The notes below the pieces were generated by a model. That model ran no database searches. It was not told the origin of the DNA and saw only the letters and a program-made list of their open reading frames with translations. The position numbers and the translations under genes were made by a program. This document shows positions 1 to 10,573 of a DNA stretch of 64,000 nt, one piece after another; position 1 is the first letter of the stretch; each line of letters opens with the position of its first letter. The stretch comes from an uncultured delta proteobacterium (GTDB lineage Bacteria > Desulfobacterota > Binatia > UBA9968): the NCBI GenBank assembly GCA_963760795.1, contig CAVXEP010000032.1, positions 1-64,000 on the forward strand, given 5' to 3'.

Positions 1-160
1 ATCGAAATGGTCTCCGCCTTGATAGAAAGGCGGCGTCGGGGCTGCGACCGTTCAGGTTCAAGGGGTTCAAAAGTTCAAGGGTCAGAACCATAGACAAGTC
101 CGACAACCTTGAACGCTTGAAACTTTGAACGTTTGAACGGATGTTGTTCCGGTGCGTCAC
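1..160 (-). CDS. 5' end of a TctC/Bug-family protein running off the window edge (indel-rich)
   Basis: Minus strand reads PFKRSKFQAFKVVGL / LTLELLNPLNL / PFYQG across shifting frames, like the leaders of the array paralogs. Confidence 0.55.
   Translation of the reverse strand, partial: MTHRNNIRSNVQSFKRSRLSDLSMVLTLELLNPLNLNGRSPDAAFLSRRRPFR
50..140. repeat. Family A hairpin (GTTCAA units / TTGAAC units)
   Basis: gttcaggttcaaggggttcaaaagttcaag ... ttgaacgcttgaaactttgaacgtttgaac. Confidence 0.85.
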
Positions 161-270
161 GGAATGACCGCGGACGTTAACGGGAGCCGACGGCGCGGTT
201 ATGAATATCGTGGAGTCGAGCCTAAGTGCAATGGATTTCTTACTCTTGCCTTTGTCTGTTGCCTTCTTCG

Positions 271-1326
271 TCACTTGATCACCTTCGTCGCTCGCATCAG
301 CACCACCGGTGGAATCGTCAGGCCGAGAGTCCTGGCGGTTTTTAGATTAATCAGCAGTTCGAACTTCGACGGCTGCTCGATGGGCAGGTCGGCGGGTTTG
401 GCGCCCTTCAATATTTTATCGACGAAATAGGCGACGCGCCGGTAGGGTTCGACGCGGTCGGGTCCGTAGGACATTAAGCCGCCGTTCTCGACAAATTCGC
501 CGCGGTCGAATATCGCCGGCAAGCGATATTTTGCCGCCAGCGCCGCGATCAGTTTTGGATTGGCAACGGCCAACGGGCTCGGCGTCACAGCGAGAGCGGC
601 GTTACCGGCCTTGGCCGCTTCTTTGAACTCGGCGTCGAGTTTGTCGACGCTGCTGACCGCCATGGAATGAAGTTGCAGACCCAGGTCTCGTGCCGCGAAA
701 AGACTTTCTTTCCACTCATGCGCCGAGCTAGGATCCTGGAAGTCCCACAGCACGGCGACGCGGGAGAGCTTGGGTATGGTTTGCTTGAGCAACTCCAGTC
801 GTTTGCCAGCCAGCTCCACCGCGACGGTGGTGACCCCGGTGATGTTTCCGCCAGGCCGCGCCAGGCTGTCGACCAGCCCATCCGCGACCGGATCGCTGGC
901 AACCATAAAAACGATCGGGGTCGTTTTGGTAGTTTTCTTCAAAGCCAGGGCTTCAGCCGTCGAGGACGCAATCAGCACGTCCACGTTGAGTCGGACCAAT
1001 TCTTCAGCGAGGGCGTGGAGCCGGTCGCGCTGATCTTCCGCGGATTGAGATTGCGCCGCGAAAGCTTTGTCCTTGCCCTCCCCAGAGCCGCGCGCATGGA
1101 GATCTCGCTGGACTCCCGGCAGCATAGAACCCGGACCGGAAGCTGAACCGGCCGATAGCCAGCCAATCTTCGGTACCTTTGCCGGCTGCTGCGCCTCGGT
1201 CATCCGCAGCCACCCCACGAGCAAGATAAGAATTGCAAGAAGCCCCGCCGATTTTGGATTTTGGATTTTAGATTTTGAATTGCTGGAAAAAGAATTCGGC
1301 CATCCTGTCCAAGATTGTTTTTTCAT
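271..1326 (-). CDS. ABC transporter substrate-binding protein (ABC_sub_bind / putative Trp-Tyr type)
   Basis: SLARPGGNITG, GGLMSYG, GAKPADLPIEQPSKFELLINLKTA motifs; ATG at 1326 preceded by GGGGAAGAG. Confidence 0.85.
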   Translation of the reverse strand: MKKQSWTGWPNSFSSNSKSKIQNPKSAGLLAILILLVGWLRMTEAQQPAKVPKIGWLSAGSASGPGSMLPGVQRDLHARGSGEGKDKAFAAQSQSAEDQRDRLHALAEELVRLNVDVLIASSTAEALALKKTTKTTPIVFMVASDPVADGLVDSLARPGGNITGVTTVAVELAGKRLELLKQTIPKLSRVAVLWDFQDPSSAHEWKESLFAARDLGLQLHSMAVSSVDKLDAEFKEAAKAGNAALAVTPSPLAVANPKLIAALAAKYRLPAIFDRGEFVENGGLMSYGPDRVEPYRRVAYFVDKILKGAKPADLPIEQPSKFELLINLKTARTLGLTIPPVVLMRATKVIK

Positions 1327-1371
1327 GCTCTCTTCCCCCAATCGAATATCCAAAATCGAAAATCTAAAATT
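1250..1371. repeat. Family B hairpin (ATTTTGG / AAAATCC heptamers) enclosing RBS and start codon
   Basis: gattttggattttggattttagattttg ... aatatccaaaatcgaaaatctaaaat. Confidence 0.85.
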
Positions 1372-2441
1372 ACTTAATCACCTTGGTCGCCCGCATGAGC
1401 ACGATCGGCGGAATCGTCAGGCCGAGTGTCTTGGCGGTTTTGAGATTGATCACCAGCTCGAACTTCATCGGCTGCTCGACGGGAATGTCGGCAGGCTTGG
1501 TTCCTTTCAGGATCTTGTCGACGAAAACAGCGGCTCGTCTGAAGGCTTCGTCCAGGTCGGTTCCGTAGGACATCAGGCCACCATTCTCGACAACAGTTTG
1601 CCGAGCGTAAATCGCCGGCAGCCGATATTTTTTCGCCAGTTCGACGGTCTATTTTGATTAGCAGAGCCCAACGGGCTCGACATCCAGACGAGAGCACCGC
1701 TACGCGCCTTAGTTGCTTCCTTGAACGCAGCCTCATATTTGTCGGCGCTGCTTACTTCCATGGAATGAAGTTGCAAGCCTAGTTCTCTTGCCGGCAGTTG
1801 GCTTTCTTTCCAACTTTGCGCGGAGCTTGGATCCTGAGGATTCCACAGCACCGCAACGCGGGAGAGTTTGGGAATGGTTTCCTTGAGCAACTCAAGTCGT
1901 TTGCCGGCCAACACCGACCCAATGGTGGTAAACCCCGTGATGTTTCCGCCGGGCCGCGCGCAGGCTATCGACCAGCCCCGCCGCAATCGGGATCAGTAAC
2001 GTCTATAAAAACGATGGGGATAGTCTTGGTAGCGTTCTTGACGGCTACGGCAGCGGGCGTATTGGGCGCGATGATCACGTCAACTTTAAGACGGACCAGC
2101 TCGTCGGCCAGAGCCGGGAGTCGGTCGAGCTTACCCTCAGCGTATCGATACTCGAAGGCTATGTTCTTCCCCTCGACATAGCCGAGTTTACTAAATTCTC
2201 GCTGGAACGACTCGATCACGAAAGCCGCGGACGCGGGACGGACTGCGAGCCAGCCAATCTTAGGTATCTTTGCTTGCTGCTGCGCATCGGCGAGGGCGCC
2301 GCACAGCACGAATGCGACACCGAGAGCGACAACCCCCAACCATTTTGGATTTTCGTCTGCGGGGCCGCTTTTGGTCCGCGGGGCCGCTTTTAGATTGTCG
2401 GAACTAGAATCCGGCTCTCGTATCCAAGATCTTTTGTTCAT
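1370..2441 (-). CDS. ABC_sub_bind substrate-binding protein, frameshifted near 1575-1640 and 1965-1985
   Basis: ORFs 1965-2441, 1573-1986 and 1370-1573 join into one family member; indels may be assembly errors. Confidence 0.8.
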
Positions 2442-2496
2442 GCTCTTTTCACCAACCGCAAATCCAAAAGCAGCCCCGCGGATGAAAATCTAAAAT
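2342..2496. repeat. Family B hairpin with GTCCGCGGGGCCGC inserts
   Basis: attttggattttcgtctgcggggccgcttttggtccgcggggccgcttttagatt ... aatccaaaagcagccccgcggatgaaaatctaaaat. Confidence 0.8.
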
Positions 2497-2499
2497 ATG

Positions 2500-3626
2500 T
2501 TAGTTCCCCAACACCCACTTCATCCGCTCGATAACTTCTTTCGGTTGGACGATCACTTCCCGCGCCAGCGATTCAAGCTCGGTACCGGTCGACGGGTCGA
2601 CGTCCCAGCCGCGTTTGGCGGCATCGGCGAGCAGGTCCGGGTCCTTCATCGTCTTGGTATAAGCGTCGCGGAGGATTTTTGTCTGCTCGGCGGACAGGCG
2701 CGGCGGGGCGGCGATGGGGCGGCCGAGGGTGGCGGCGGTGAGGATGACTTTAGCCAGCCGTCTGCCGGCGTCCGGAGTCTTGTATTGCTGCATCAATTCG
2801 TTCAGCGTCGGTGTCTCCTTCAGTCGGTCGTCGCGTTTGGCGGCGGTCTGGACGACGGCGCGGACGAAGCCGGATTTGTGCCAGCGCTTGTAGGGCTCGC
2901 GGCCGAAGTAAGTGCCGCTCAAGGGCGACCAGCAAACCACTTCGTTGCGTTCGACGGCGAGGTCGATTTCCGCGCCACCGGGATAGCCGCTGATGACGGT
3001 GGTCTTGATGCCGAGGGTTTCTTCGAGCACGCGCGGCACGTACAGACCGCTATTGCCGGTGCCGGTATTGCCGCATTTCGGCGGTTCCTTGGCATTGCGC
3101 AAGTCGTCGATGGTTTTGAACGGCGCGTCGGTCCGGATGAAGTGGATGAGGTCATTTTTTTCCGGCGAGCCGATCCAAGTGAATTTCGCCCAATCGAATT
3201 TAACTTCCGGCCGCGCCACCAATTGATCGAAATAGAGCGCCGGGTTGAAACCGCCGATGGTCAAGCCGTCGGGCTTGGCAATGCCGTATAAATAATTCGC
3301 GGCAACCACCCCGCCGGCGCCGACCATATTCTGAACTATAACCGTCGGATGGCCTGGTAGATGTTTACCGATATGCTGCGCCATCAAGCGCGCCCACTGA
3401 TCGTAACCGCCGCCGCTCGATGAACCGACGATCACCCGCAGAGTTTTACCCTGATAGGTATTTGCTTGCGCGAATACTCGTTCAAGGTTCAAAGGGTTCA
3501 AAAGTTCAAGGGCTGAAAAGAGCAGAGTCCGAGAACCTTGAGCCTTTGAACTGTTGCCTTCGATAAACTCAGGCCCTGAGTCCGCCGAGGGGAACGCTTG
3601 AGCGAATCTTGAAATCCAACGGTCAT
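2500..3626 (-). CDS. TctC/Bug-family substrate-binding protein (likely start 3626, 1-nt indel near 3525)
   Basis: GGGYDQWAR, VQNMVGAGG, KPDGLTIG motifs; ATG 3626 has GTGAGG upstream and an N-terminus like the 4962 paralog. Confidence 0.8.
3480..3613. repeat. Family A hairpin with nested 36-nt palindrome at 3556-3591
   Basis: GTTCAA and TTGAAC arms interrupted by gccttcgataaactcaggccctgagtccgccgaggg. Confidence 0.8.
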
Positions 3627-3729
3627 GAATGGCCTCACACGCAGCGTATATCAGATTAGACTTGAGATTCTTTTCATTGAAGCTTGTCAGTTTAGTGCTG
3701 TCGGTTGCAAGTTGTCTGTGTGCGGGTTC

Positions 3730-3826
3730 CGCCATTCCGGCGCAGGCCGGAATCCAGGGGCGTTTGTGGTCTTTTTGCTAGTCTGCCGAAGTCGGACATA
3801 GACACCGGCCTGCGCCGGTGTGACGG
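3730..3826. repeat. CGTC-type REP doublet
   Basis: cgccattccggcgcaggccggaatccag ... gacaccggcctgcgccggtgtgacg; relatives at 6092 and 52442. Confidence 0.85.
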
Positions 3827-3876
3827 ATTTTGCAGAGTTAATACTTGTGCGCTATCGTCCACTCGCGGCCTAGACA

Positions 3877-4959
3877 TTAGTTCCCCAACACCCACTTCAT
3901 CCGCTCGATCACTTCTTTGGGTTGGTTCATGACATCCTTCGCCAGCGCTTCAAGCTCGGCGCCGGTGTGGGGATCGACATCCCACGCGCGCTTGGCGGCT
4001 TCGCTGCGGAGCTCGGGATCTTGCATCGATTTCGCGTAGGCGTCGCGAAGAATTTTTAATTGTTCGGCCGGCAGGCGCGGTGGGCCGCCGATGGGGCGGC
4101 CGAGGTTGGCGGCGGTTAACACGACTTTGGCGAGCCGGCGGCTGGCCTCAGGCGTCTTATACTGCTGCATCAGTTCGGTGAGCGTCGGTACATCCTTCAG
4201 CCGTTCGTCGCGCTTGTTGCCGGTCTGGACGACGACGCGTACGAATCCCGCCCTGTGCCAGCGCTTGTAGGGCTCCCGGCCGAAGTAGGTGGCGATCAGC
4301 GGCGTCCAGCAGATTATTTCGTTGCGTTCGACGGCGAGGTCGATTTCTGAACCGCCCTGATAGCCGGTGACCTGGGTGGTTTTAATGCCCAGGGTGTCTT
4401 CGAGCAGCCGGGGAAAATAATGGGCGGTGGTGCCGCCGCCGGTGCTGCCGCATTTAGCCGGCTCCTTGGCGTTGCGCAGGTCGTCGATGGTTTTGTAGGG
4501 CGAGTCGGCACGGATGTAATGCAGCGCGTCGTTTTTCTCCGGCGAACCGATCCAGCTGAACTTGGTCCAATCGAACTTGCTCTCCGGCTTGCCAACCAGT
4601 TGTTCGAAATAGAGCGCTGGATTGAACGCACCGATGGTCAGGCCGTCAGGTTTGGCGAGTCCGTAGATAAAATTCCCGGCGACCAGGCCGCCGGCGCCGG
4701 GCAGATTTTGCACGATCACGGTTGGATGGCCTGGGATATGTTTGCCGATATGCAGCGCCAGCAACCGCGCCCAAAGGTCATAGCCGCCGCCGGACGCTGA
4801 GCCGACGACAATCCTAAGCGTCTTACCTTGATAATAGTTCGCTTGCGCGAACAAGAGTTCAAGGGTCAAGGGGCTCAAGAGTTCAAGGGTCAGAAAAAGC
4901 AATCCAAAGAAAATCCGATTGAACCATTGAACTTTTGAACCCTTGAACGGCCTTGGCAT
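3877..4959 (-). CDS. TctC/Bug-family substrate-binding protein
   Basis: GGGYDLWAR, QNLPGAGG, KPDGLT; leader overlaps family A repeat at 4856-4950. Confidence 0.88.
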   Translation of the reverse strand: MPRPFKGSKVQWFNRIFFGLLFLTLELLSPLTLELLFAQANYYQGKTLRIVVGSASGGGYDLWARLLALHIGKHIPGHPTVIVQNLPGAGGLVAGNFIYGLAKPDGLTIGAFNPALYFEQLVGKPESKFDWTKFSWIGSPEKNDALHYIRADSPYKTIDDLRNAKEPAKCGSTGGGTTAHYFPRLLEDTLGIKTTQVTGYQGGSEIDLAVERNEIICWTPLIATYFGREPYKRWHRAGFVRVVVQTGNKRDERLKDVPTLTELMQQYKTPEASRRLAKVVLTAANLGRPIGGPPRLPAEQLKILRDAYAKSMQDPELRSEAAKRAWDVDPHTGAELEALAKDVMNQPKEVIERMKWVLGN

Positions 4960-4961
4960 TT

Positions 4962-6041
4962 TTACTCCCGCCCAAGCACCCACTTCATGCGCTCGATGAC
5001 TTCCTTGGGCTGGGTGATGACTTCCTTCGATAACGCTTGCAGCTCTTCACCCTTGGTCGCATCGACTTCCCAACTTTGTTTAGCCGCCTCGGCGAGCAGG
5101 TCGGGATCGGCGATGGCTTTCGCATAGGCATCGCGCAGGATCTTCACGCGGTCCGGCGGAACGCCCGGGGCGGCGCCGATGGGCCGGCCTAAGGTGGCGG
5201 CGGTGAGAATCACTTTGGCGAGACGGCGGGCCGGCTCGGGGGATTTATACTGCTGCATCAATTCGTTCAACGTCGGCGAGTCTTTCAAGCGCGGGTCGCG
5301 CTTGGCGCCGGTCTGGACCATGACACGGACGTACCCGGACTTATGCCAGCGCCGGTAGGGCTCGCGGCCAAAATAGGTGGCCAAGAGCGGCGACCAGCAA
5401 AACACTTCGCCGCGCTCGATGGCGAGTTCGATATCGCCGGCGCCGGGATAACCGCTGACGATTTGGGTCTTGATGCCGAGGGTTTCTTCGAGCAGACGGG
5501 GAATGTAATGGCCGGTGCTGCCGGTGCCGGTGCTGCCGCATTTTTGCGGTTCTTTGGCATTGCGCAGATCGTCGATGGTTTTGAAGGCCGTGTCGGCGCG
5601 AATATAGTGGACGATGTCGTTTTTCTCCGGCGAACCGATCCAGTTGAATTTGGCCCAATCGAATTTAACTTCCGAGCGCCCGACCAGTTGATCGAAATAA
5701 AGCGCCGGGTTGACCGCGCCGAGGGTCAGGCCGTCGGGCTTGGCGACGCCGTAAACGTAGTTGGCGCCGATGATATTGCCCGCGCCCGGCATGTTCTGCA
5801 CGACGATGGTCGGGTTGCCGGGAATATATTTGACGAGGTAACGCGCCGTCAGCCGCGCCCACAAATCGTAGCCGCCGGCGGTGGTGGACGCGACTACCAT
5901 GGTGATGGTTTTGCCTGTATAAAAATTCGCTTGCGCGAATGCTTGTTCAAGGTTCAAGGGGTTCGAGAGTTCAATGACGGAGAAGATCAGGAGTCCGAAA
6001 ACCTTTGAGCGTTTGAACGAGTCTAGAAAATCACGGGTCAT
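4962..6041 (-). CDS. TctC/Bug-family substrate-binding protein
   Basis: Same motifs; leader overlaps family A repeat at 5945-6019. Confidence 0.88.
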   Translation of the reverse strand: MTRDFLDSFKRSKVFGLLIFSVIELSNPLNLEQAFAQANFYTGKTITMVVASTTAGGYDLWARLTARYLVKYIPGNPTIVVQNMPGAGNIIGANYVYGVAKPDGLTLGAVNPALYFDQLVGRSEVKFDWAKFNWIGSPEKNDIVHYIRADTAFKTIDDLRNAKEPQKCGSTGTGSTGHYIPRLLEETLGIKTQIVSGYPGAGDIELAIERGEVFCWSPLLATYFGREPYRRWHKSGYVRVMVQTGAKRDPRLKDSPTLNELMQQYKSPEPARRLAKVILTAATLGRPIGAAPGVPPDRVKILRDAYAKAIADPDLLAEAAKQSWEVDATKGEELQALSKEVITQPKEVIERMKWVLGRE

Positions 6042-6091
6042 AAATGTCCTCGCACTTAGCGCAAATCGGATTAAAACAACAATTTCCTATT

Positions 6092-6188
6092 CCGTCATTC
6101 CGGCGCAGGCCGGAATCCAGGTGCGGCGGGGTCTTTTCGCGGTTCTGCTGAAACCAGAGATGGACACCGGCCTTCGCCGGTGTGACGG
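6092..6188. repeat. CGTC-type REP doublet
   Basis: ccgtcattccggcgcaggccggaatccag ... tggacaccggccttcgccggtgtgacgg. Confidence 0.88.
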
Positions 6189-6224
6189 ACTTTCTCATTT
6201 TTGATGTCGCTGGCAGCCTGGTGA

Positions 6225-7298
6225 CTAGTTTCCCAGTACCCATTTCATTCTTTCGATGACTTCCTTCGGCTGGGTCATGACTTCCTTTGAAAGTTTTTCC
6301 ATCTCCTCGCCGGTGAGCGGGTCGATGTCCCAGCGTTGGCGTTTGGTCTCGGCAATGAGCTCGGGGTCTTTCAAGGTCTTTTGATAGGCGTCGCGCAGCA
6401 GTTTCAAGCGGTCGGGCGGAATTCCCGGCGTGACTGCGATGGGGCGGCCCAAGGTCGCGGCCACTAGAATCACCCGCGTCAGGCGCTTGCCGGCGTCGGG
6501 AGTTTTGTACTGATCCATCAGTTCATAAATGGTTGGCACGTCGGCCAGGCGCGGCTCGCGCTTGGTGCCGAATTGCACGACGACCCGCAGGTAGTTTTTT
6601 TTCTGCCAACTGATGTAGGGCTCGCGGCCAAAGTAGGTCGCCACCAGCGGCGACCAGCAGTGCACTTCGCCGCGTTCGACCGCCAAATCGATTTCGGAGC
6701 CGCCGGGATAGCCGGCGACGACAGTGTGTTTCGTGCCTAGGACTTCGTCGAGTAGGCGGGGAATATAAAATCCAGTCGTGCCGGTGCCGGAGCTGCCGCA
6801 ACGCGGCGGCTCTTTCGCCTTGCGGATATCGTCGATGGATTTGTAGGGCGAGTCGGCGCGCATGTAGTGGATGATGTCGTTTTGCTCCGGCGAGCCGATC
6901 CAGGGAATCTTGGCGAAATCGAACTGCACTTCTTTGCGCCCGACCAGCTGGTCGAAGTAAATCGCCGGCAGTAGCGCGCCTAGGGTCAGACCGTCGGGCT
7001 TGGCGATGTTGTATAAATAATTGGTCGCGACGATGGACGCCGCGCCGGGCATGTTCTGCACGAGAATTGTCGGATTACCCGGAATGTATTTGCCGTAGTA
7101 GCGCGCTAACACCCGCGCCCACAGATCGTAGCCGCCGCCGGTGGAGGAACCGATGACGATGCGGATCGTCTTGCCCTGATAAAAATTCGCTTGCGCGAAT
7201 GCCCGTTCAAGGTTCAAAGGGTTCAAAAGTTCAAGGGTCAGAAAGAATCCGAAAACCTTGAACGCTTGAACCTTTGAACTTTTGAACGTCATTGCCAT
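6225..7298 (-). CDS. TctC/Bug-family substrate-binding protein
   Basis: Same motifs; leader overlaps family A repeat at 7205-7288. Confidence 0.88.
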   Translation of the reverse strand: MAMTFKSSKVQAFKVFGFFLTLELLNPLNLERAFAQANFYQGKTIRIVIGSSTGGGYDLWARVLARYYGKYIPGNPTILVQNMPGAASIVATNYLYNIAKPDGLTLGALLPAIYFDQLVGRKEVQFDFAKIPWIGSPEQNDIIHYMRADSPYKSIDDIRKAKEPPRCGSSGTGTTGFYIPRLLDEVLGTKHTVVAGYPGGSEIDLAVERGEVHCWSPLVATYFGREPYISWQKKNYLRVVVQFGTKREPRLADVPTIYELMDQYKTPDAGKRLTRVILVAATLGRPIAVTPGIPPDRLKLLRDAYQKTLKDPELIAETKRQRWDIDPLTGEEMEKLSKEVMTQPKEVIERMKWVLGN

Positions 7299-7305
7299 CC
7301 CTTCG

Positions 7306-8343
7306 TTACATGCCGATCATCTTTTTTACCTTCTCGATGATGTCCGGCGTCGCGGTCATGACCTCTTTGGCCAAAGAGTCGAGCTCTTCGCCGGTTGCCG
7401 GATCGATGTCGAGTCTGCGCTTTTCCGCCTCCGCCAAAAAAGCCGGGTCACTGACAGTCTTGTTGAAAGCATCGCGAATAATCTTGACCCGGTCGGCGGG
7501 AACGCCTGGAGGGAAGACGATCGGACGGCCGAATTCGTCGGCGGCCAGCACTACTTTGGTGAGTCGCCGGACGTTTTCAGACGTCTTGTACTTGTCCATC
7601 AATTCATTGAACAGCGGCACGTCTTTCAGGCGCGGATCGCGTCTGCTGCCGGTTTGATAAAGCACGCGAACGAAATTTTTCTTGCGCCAGGTGATAAACG
7701 GTTCGCGGGCGAAGAAGGCGTTGATCGTAAAGGCCCGGCACATCACTTCGCCGCGCTCCACGGCCAAGTCAATATCCGAGCCGGCGACATAACCTGAGAC
7801 AACTTCGAACTTGGTGCCGATAGCGTCTTCTAGCAGTTTCGGCATGTAATAGGCGGATGATGTGACGCCCGTGGCGCCGCATTTCGGCGGAGTCGCTGCG
7901 GTACGGACATCTTCGATGGTTTTATACGGGGTATCGGCGCGCATATACATGTGACTGTTGGAGCTCACCGTGCTGCCGATCCAGTTGAACTTGCTCCAGT
8001 CGAATTTGGCTTCGGGCCGTTTGGCGAGCTGCTCGAAGTAAAGCGCGGGATAAATCGCGCCGAGGGTCAGGCCGTCAGGTTTGGCGACATTGTAAACCTG
8101 ATTGGTGCCGATCAGCCCCGCCGCGCCGGCGACGTTTTGAATGATGATGTTCGGGGTTCCCGGAATGTGTTTGGGCATGAATTCCGCGACCAGGCGTGGG
8201 TAAAGGTCGTAGACGTCGCCGGCCTTGGCGCCGACGATGATCTGGATCGTCTTGCCTTGATAGAATGGCGTCTGCGCGTGCAGGTCAAGCCGTGCGACGA
8301 ATAGGACGGCGAGGATCGCTAGGACGAATGCGAGTCTTTTCAT
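7306..8343 (-). CDS. TctC/Bug-family substrate-binding protein (conventional signal peptide)
   Basis: MKRLAFVLAILAV...HAQ; YDLYPR, KPDGLT. Confidence 0.88.
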   Translation of the reverse strand: MKRLAFVLAILAVLFVARLDLHAQTPFYQGKTIQIIVGAKAGDVYDLYPRLVAEFMPKHIPGTPNIIIQNVAGAAGLIGTNQVYNVAKPDGLTLGAIYPALYFEQLAKRPEAKFDWSKFNWIGSTVSSNSHMYMRADTPYKTIEDVRTAATPPKCGATGVTSSAYYMPKLLEDAIGTKFEVVSGYVAGSDIDLAVERGEVMCRAFTINAFFAREPFITWRKKNFVRVLYQTGSRRDPRLKDVPLFNELMDKYKTSENVRRLTKVVLAADEFGRPIVFPPGVPADRVKIIRDAFNKTVSDPAFLAEAEKRRLDIDPATGEELDSLAKEVMTATPDIIEKVKKMIGM

Positions 8344-8376
8344 GTGGCTTCTCCTTTGATCGTTGGCTTGGTGCTT

Positions 8377-9427
8377 TTATGTTCCCAATAATTTCTTCAT
8401 GCGTTCGATGACGTCCGGCGGTTGCGCCATGATCTCTTTGCCGAGTTTTTCCAGATCCTCGCCGGAGACTGGATCGAGATCGAGTTTTTTCTTGTTGGCG
8501 TCATCCAGGAGCTCCGGATCGCTCATGGTTTTCATGAAAGCTTCGCGAAGAAGTTTCACGCGGTCCGCCGGAATCCCGGGAGTGCCGATGATCGGCCGGC
8601 CGATCTCGTTGGCGGCCAAGATCACCGCGCGTCAGACGGCGCGCCGAGTCAGACGTCTTATGCTGGACCATGAGTTCTTCCAGAGTCGGCACATCGGGTA
8701 TTTTGCTATCGCGTTTCTTGCCGGTTTGCACGATCACCCGGACAAAGCCTTTTTTGCGCCAGGTGTGAAACGGCTCGCGGGCAAAGAAGGCGGCGATGGT
8801 GAAGGTGCGGCACTGCACTTCGCCGCGCTCCACCGCCAGGTCGACATCGGTGCCGGAGTTGTAACCGGTAACGATGGTGAATTTCGCGCCGATAGTTTCT
8901 TCCAAGAGCTTAGGAAAGTAATAGGCCGAAGACGCGGTGCCTTCGGCGCCGCATTTGGGCGGCACCGCGGCCTTGCGGATGTCTTCGATGGTTTTATACG
9001 GCGTGTCGCTGCGCATGTAGAGCAAATGGTGCGACACCGTGGTGTTGCCGATCCAGGTAAATTTTTGCCAGTCGAATTGGACTTCCTTGCGCCCGACCAG
9101 TTGATCGAAATAGAGCGCCGGTTGGATCGAGCCGATGGTCAGGCCATCGGGTTTGGCGACTGTGTAGATGTAGTTGGCCGCCACCATGGAAGCCACCCCC
9201 GGCATGTTTTGCACGATGATATTGGGATTGCCGGGAATATGCTTGGGGAGAAATTGGGCGACCATGCGGGCGTAGAGATCGTACACGCTTCCTGCCGGCG
9301 TGCCGGCGACCAGCCTGATGGTTTTGCCCTGATAGAAGGGAGTTTGGGCGTGGAGCGGAGCGCGCCACAAGAAGAGCACTGAGAGGACGGATGCGGCTAC
9401 TAAAACAGATCTCGTTTTCACGAACAT
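8377..9427 (-). CDS. TctC/Bug-family protein, frameshift near 8630
   Basis: ORFs 8501-9427 and 8377-8625 join into a full-length paralog. Confidence 0.8.
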
Positions 9428-9463
9428 GAAGTCTCCTTTGATCGATAGTTATTTGCGCTGTTG

Positions 9464-10488
9464 TCAGTCGCCCAAGAGCTTACGCATGCGCGCCACGACG
9501 TCCGGGGGCGTAGTCATGACGTCTTTTGCCAGGGTTTCCATTTCATCCCATTTCGTCGGATCGATTTCGAGACGGCGCTTTTCCGCTTCGGCAAGGAACG
9601 CCGGATCAGCGAGCGTCTTATCGAAGCCATCGCGAAGGATTTTGATCCGATCCGCCGGCACTCCCGGAGGGGCGACGATGGGGCGGCCCAAATCCCCGGA
9701 GGCCAGGATCACTTTCGCCAAGGTCCGTCCGGTCGCATTGGTTTTGTACTTATCCATCAACTCATAAATCGTCGGCGCATCCTTGACCCGAGCATCGCGT
9801 TGGCTGCCGGTTTGTATCAACACGTTGGTGAAATTCCGTTTGCGCCAGGAGATAAACGGCTCGCGGGCGTAATAGGCGGTAATCGTGAAGGCCCGGCACT
9901 GGAGCTCGCCGCGTTCCACCGCCAGATCGATATCCTGTCCGGACACGTAGCCGGACACGATGTCAAACTTGGCGCTCAACACGTCCTCCAAAAGCTTGGG
10001 TATGTAGTACCCGGCGGACGCGATACCGGTGGAGCCGCACTTCGGCGCCGTGGCCGCCTTGCGGATGTCGTCCATCGACTTGTACGGCGTGTCGGCGCGC
10101 ATGTAGAGGAGTTGGTTCGATTTAACCGGACTGCCGAGCCACTGCCATTTAGCCCAATCGTATTTCACTTCCGGTCGCTTGATCAGCTGATCGAAATAGA
10201 GCGCGGATAGATTGCCGCGAGAGCCAGGCCGTCAGGTTTAGCGGTGTTGTAGACCTGGTTGGCGGCGATCAATGAGGCCGCGCCCGGCACGTTTTGAACA
10301 ATCATGTTTGGATTGCCAGGAATATGCTTCGTCATATACTCGGCAAGTAAACGCGGATAGAGATCGTAGACATCGCCGGCTTTGGTGCCGACGGCGATGG
10401 TGATGGTTTTGCCTTGATAGAAGGGGGTTTGAGCGAGTGAAGTTGCGCTCCATCCGAGGCCTGACAATAAGACGAGAATCAGAATCAT
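9464..10488 (-). CDS. TctC/Bug-family protein, frameshift near 10205
   Basis: ORFs 10183-10653 (ATG 10488 with AAGGAG) and 9464-10168 join. Confidence 0.8.
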
Positions 10489-10573
10489 ACCGTTTCTCCT
10501 TACCGCCGAATTTTTTTTCGCAGCACATCCCCAAGGTTGATTCGTGACAACCTCGGCGATGTGTCGAAGTTGG

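Noticed and set aside
1020-1115. Cluster of substitutions corrupting the conserved LGYVEGKNIAFEYR segment; considered a DGR variable region
   Set aside because: Changes appear to include T-to-G as well as A-to-C, no template repeat or reverse transcriptase is present, and the pattern fits low-quality consensus sequence.
3627-3735. N-terminal extension of the 411-aa ORF, and similar extensions at 19615, 53752 and 60529
   Set aside because: They run through intergenic or REP sequence; better starts with RBS or paralog support lie downstream.
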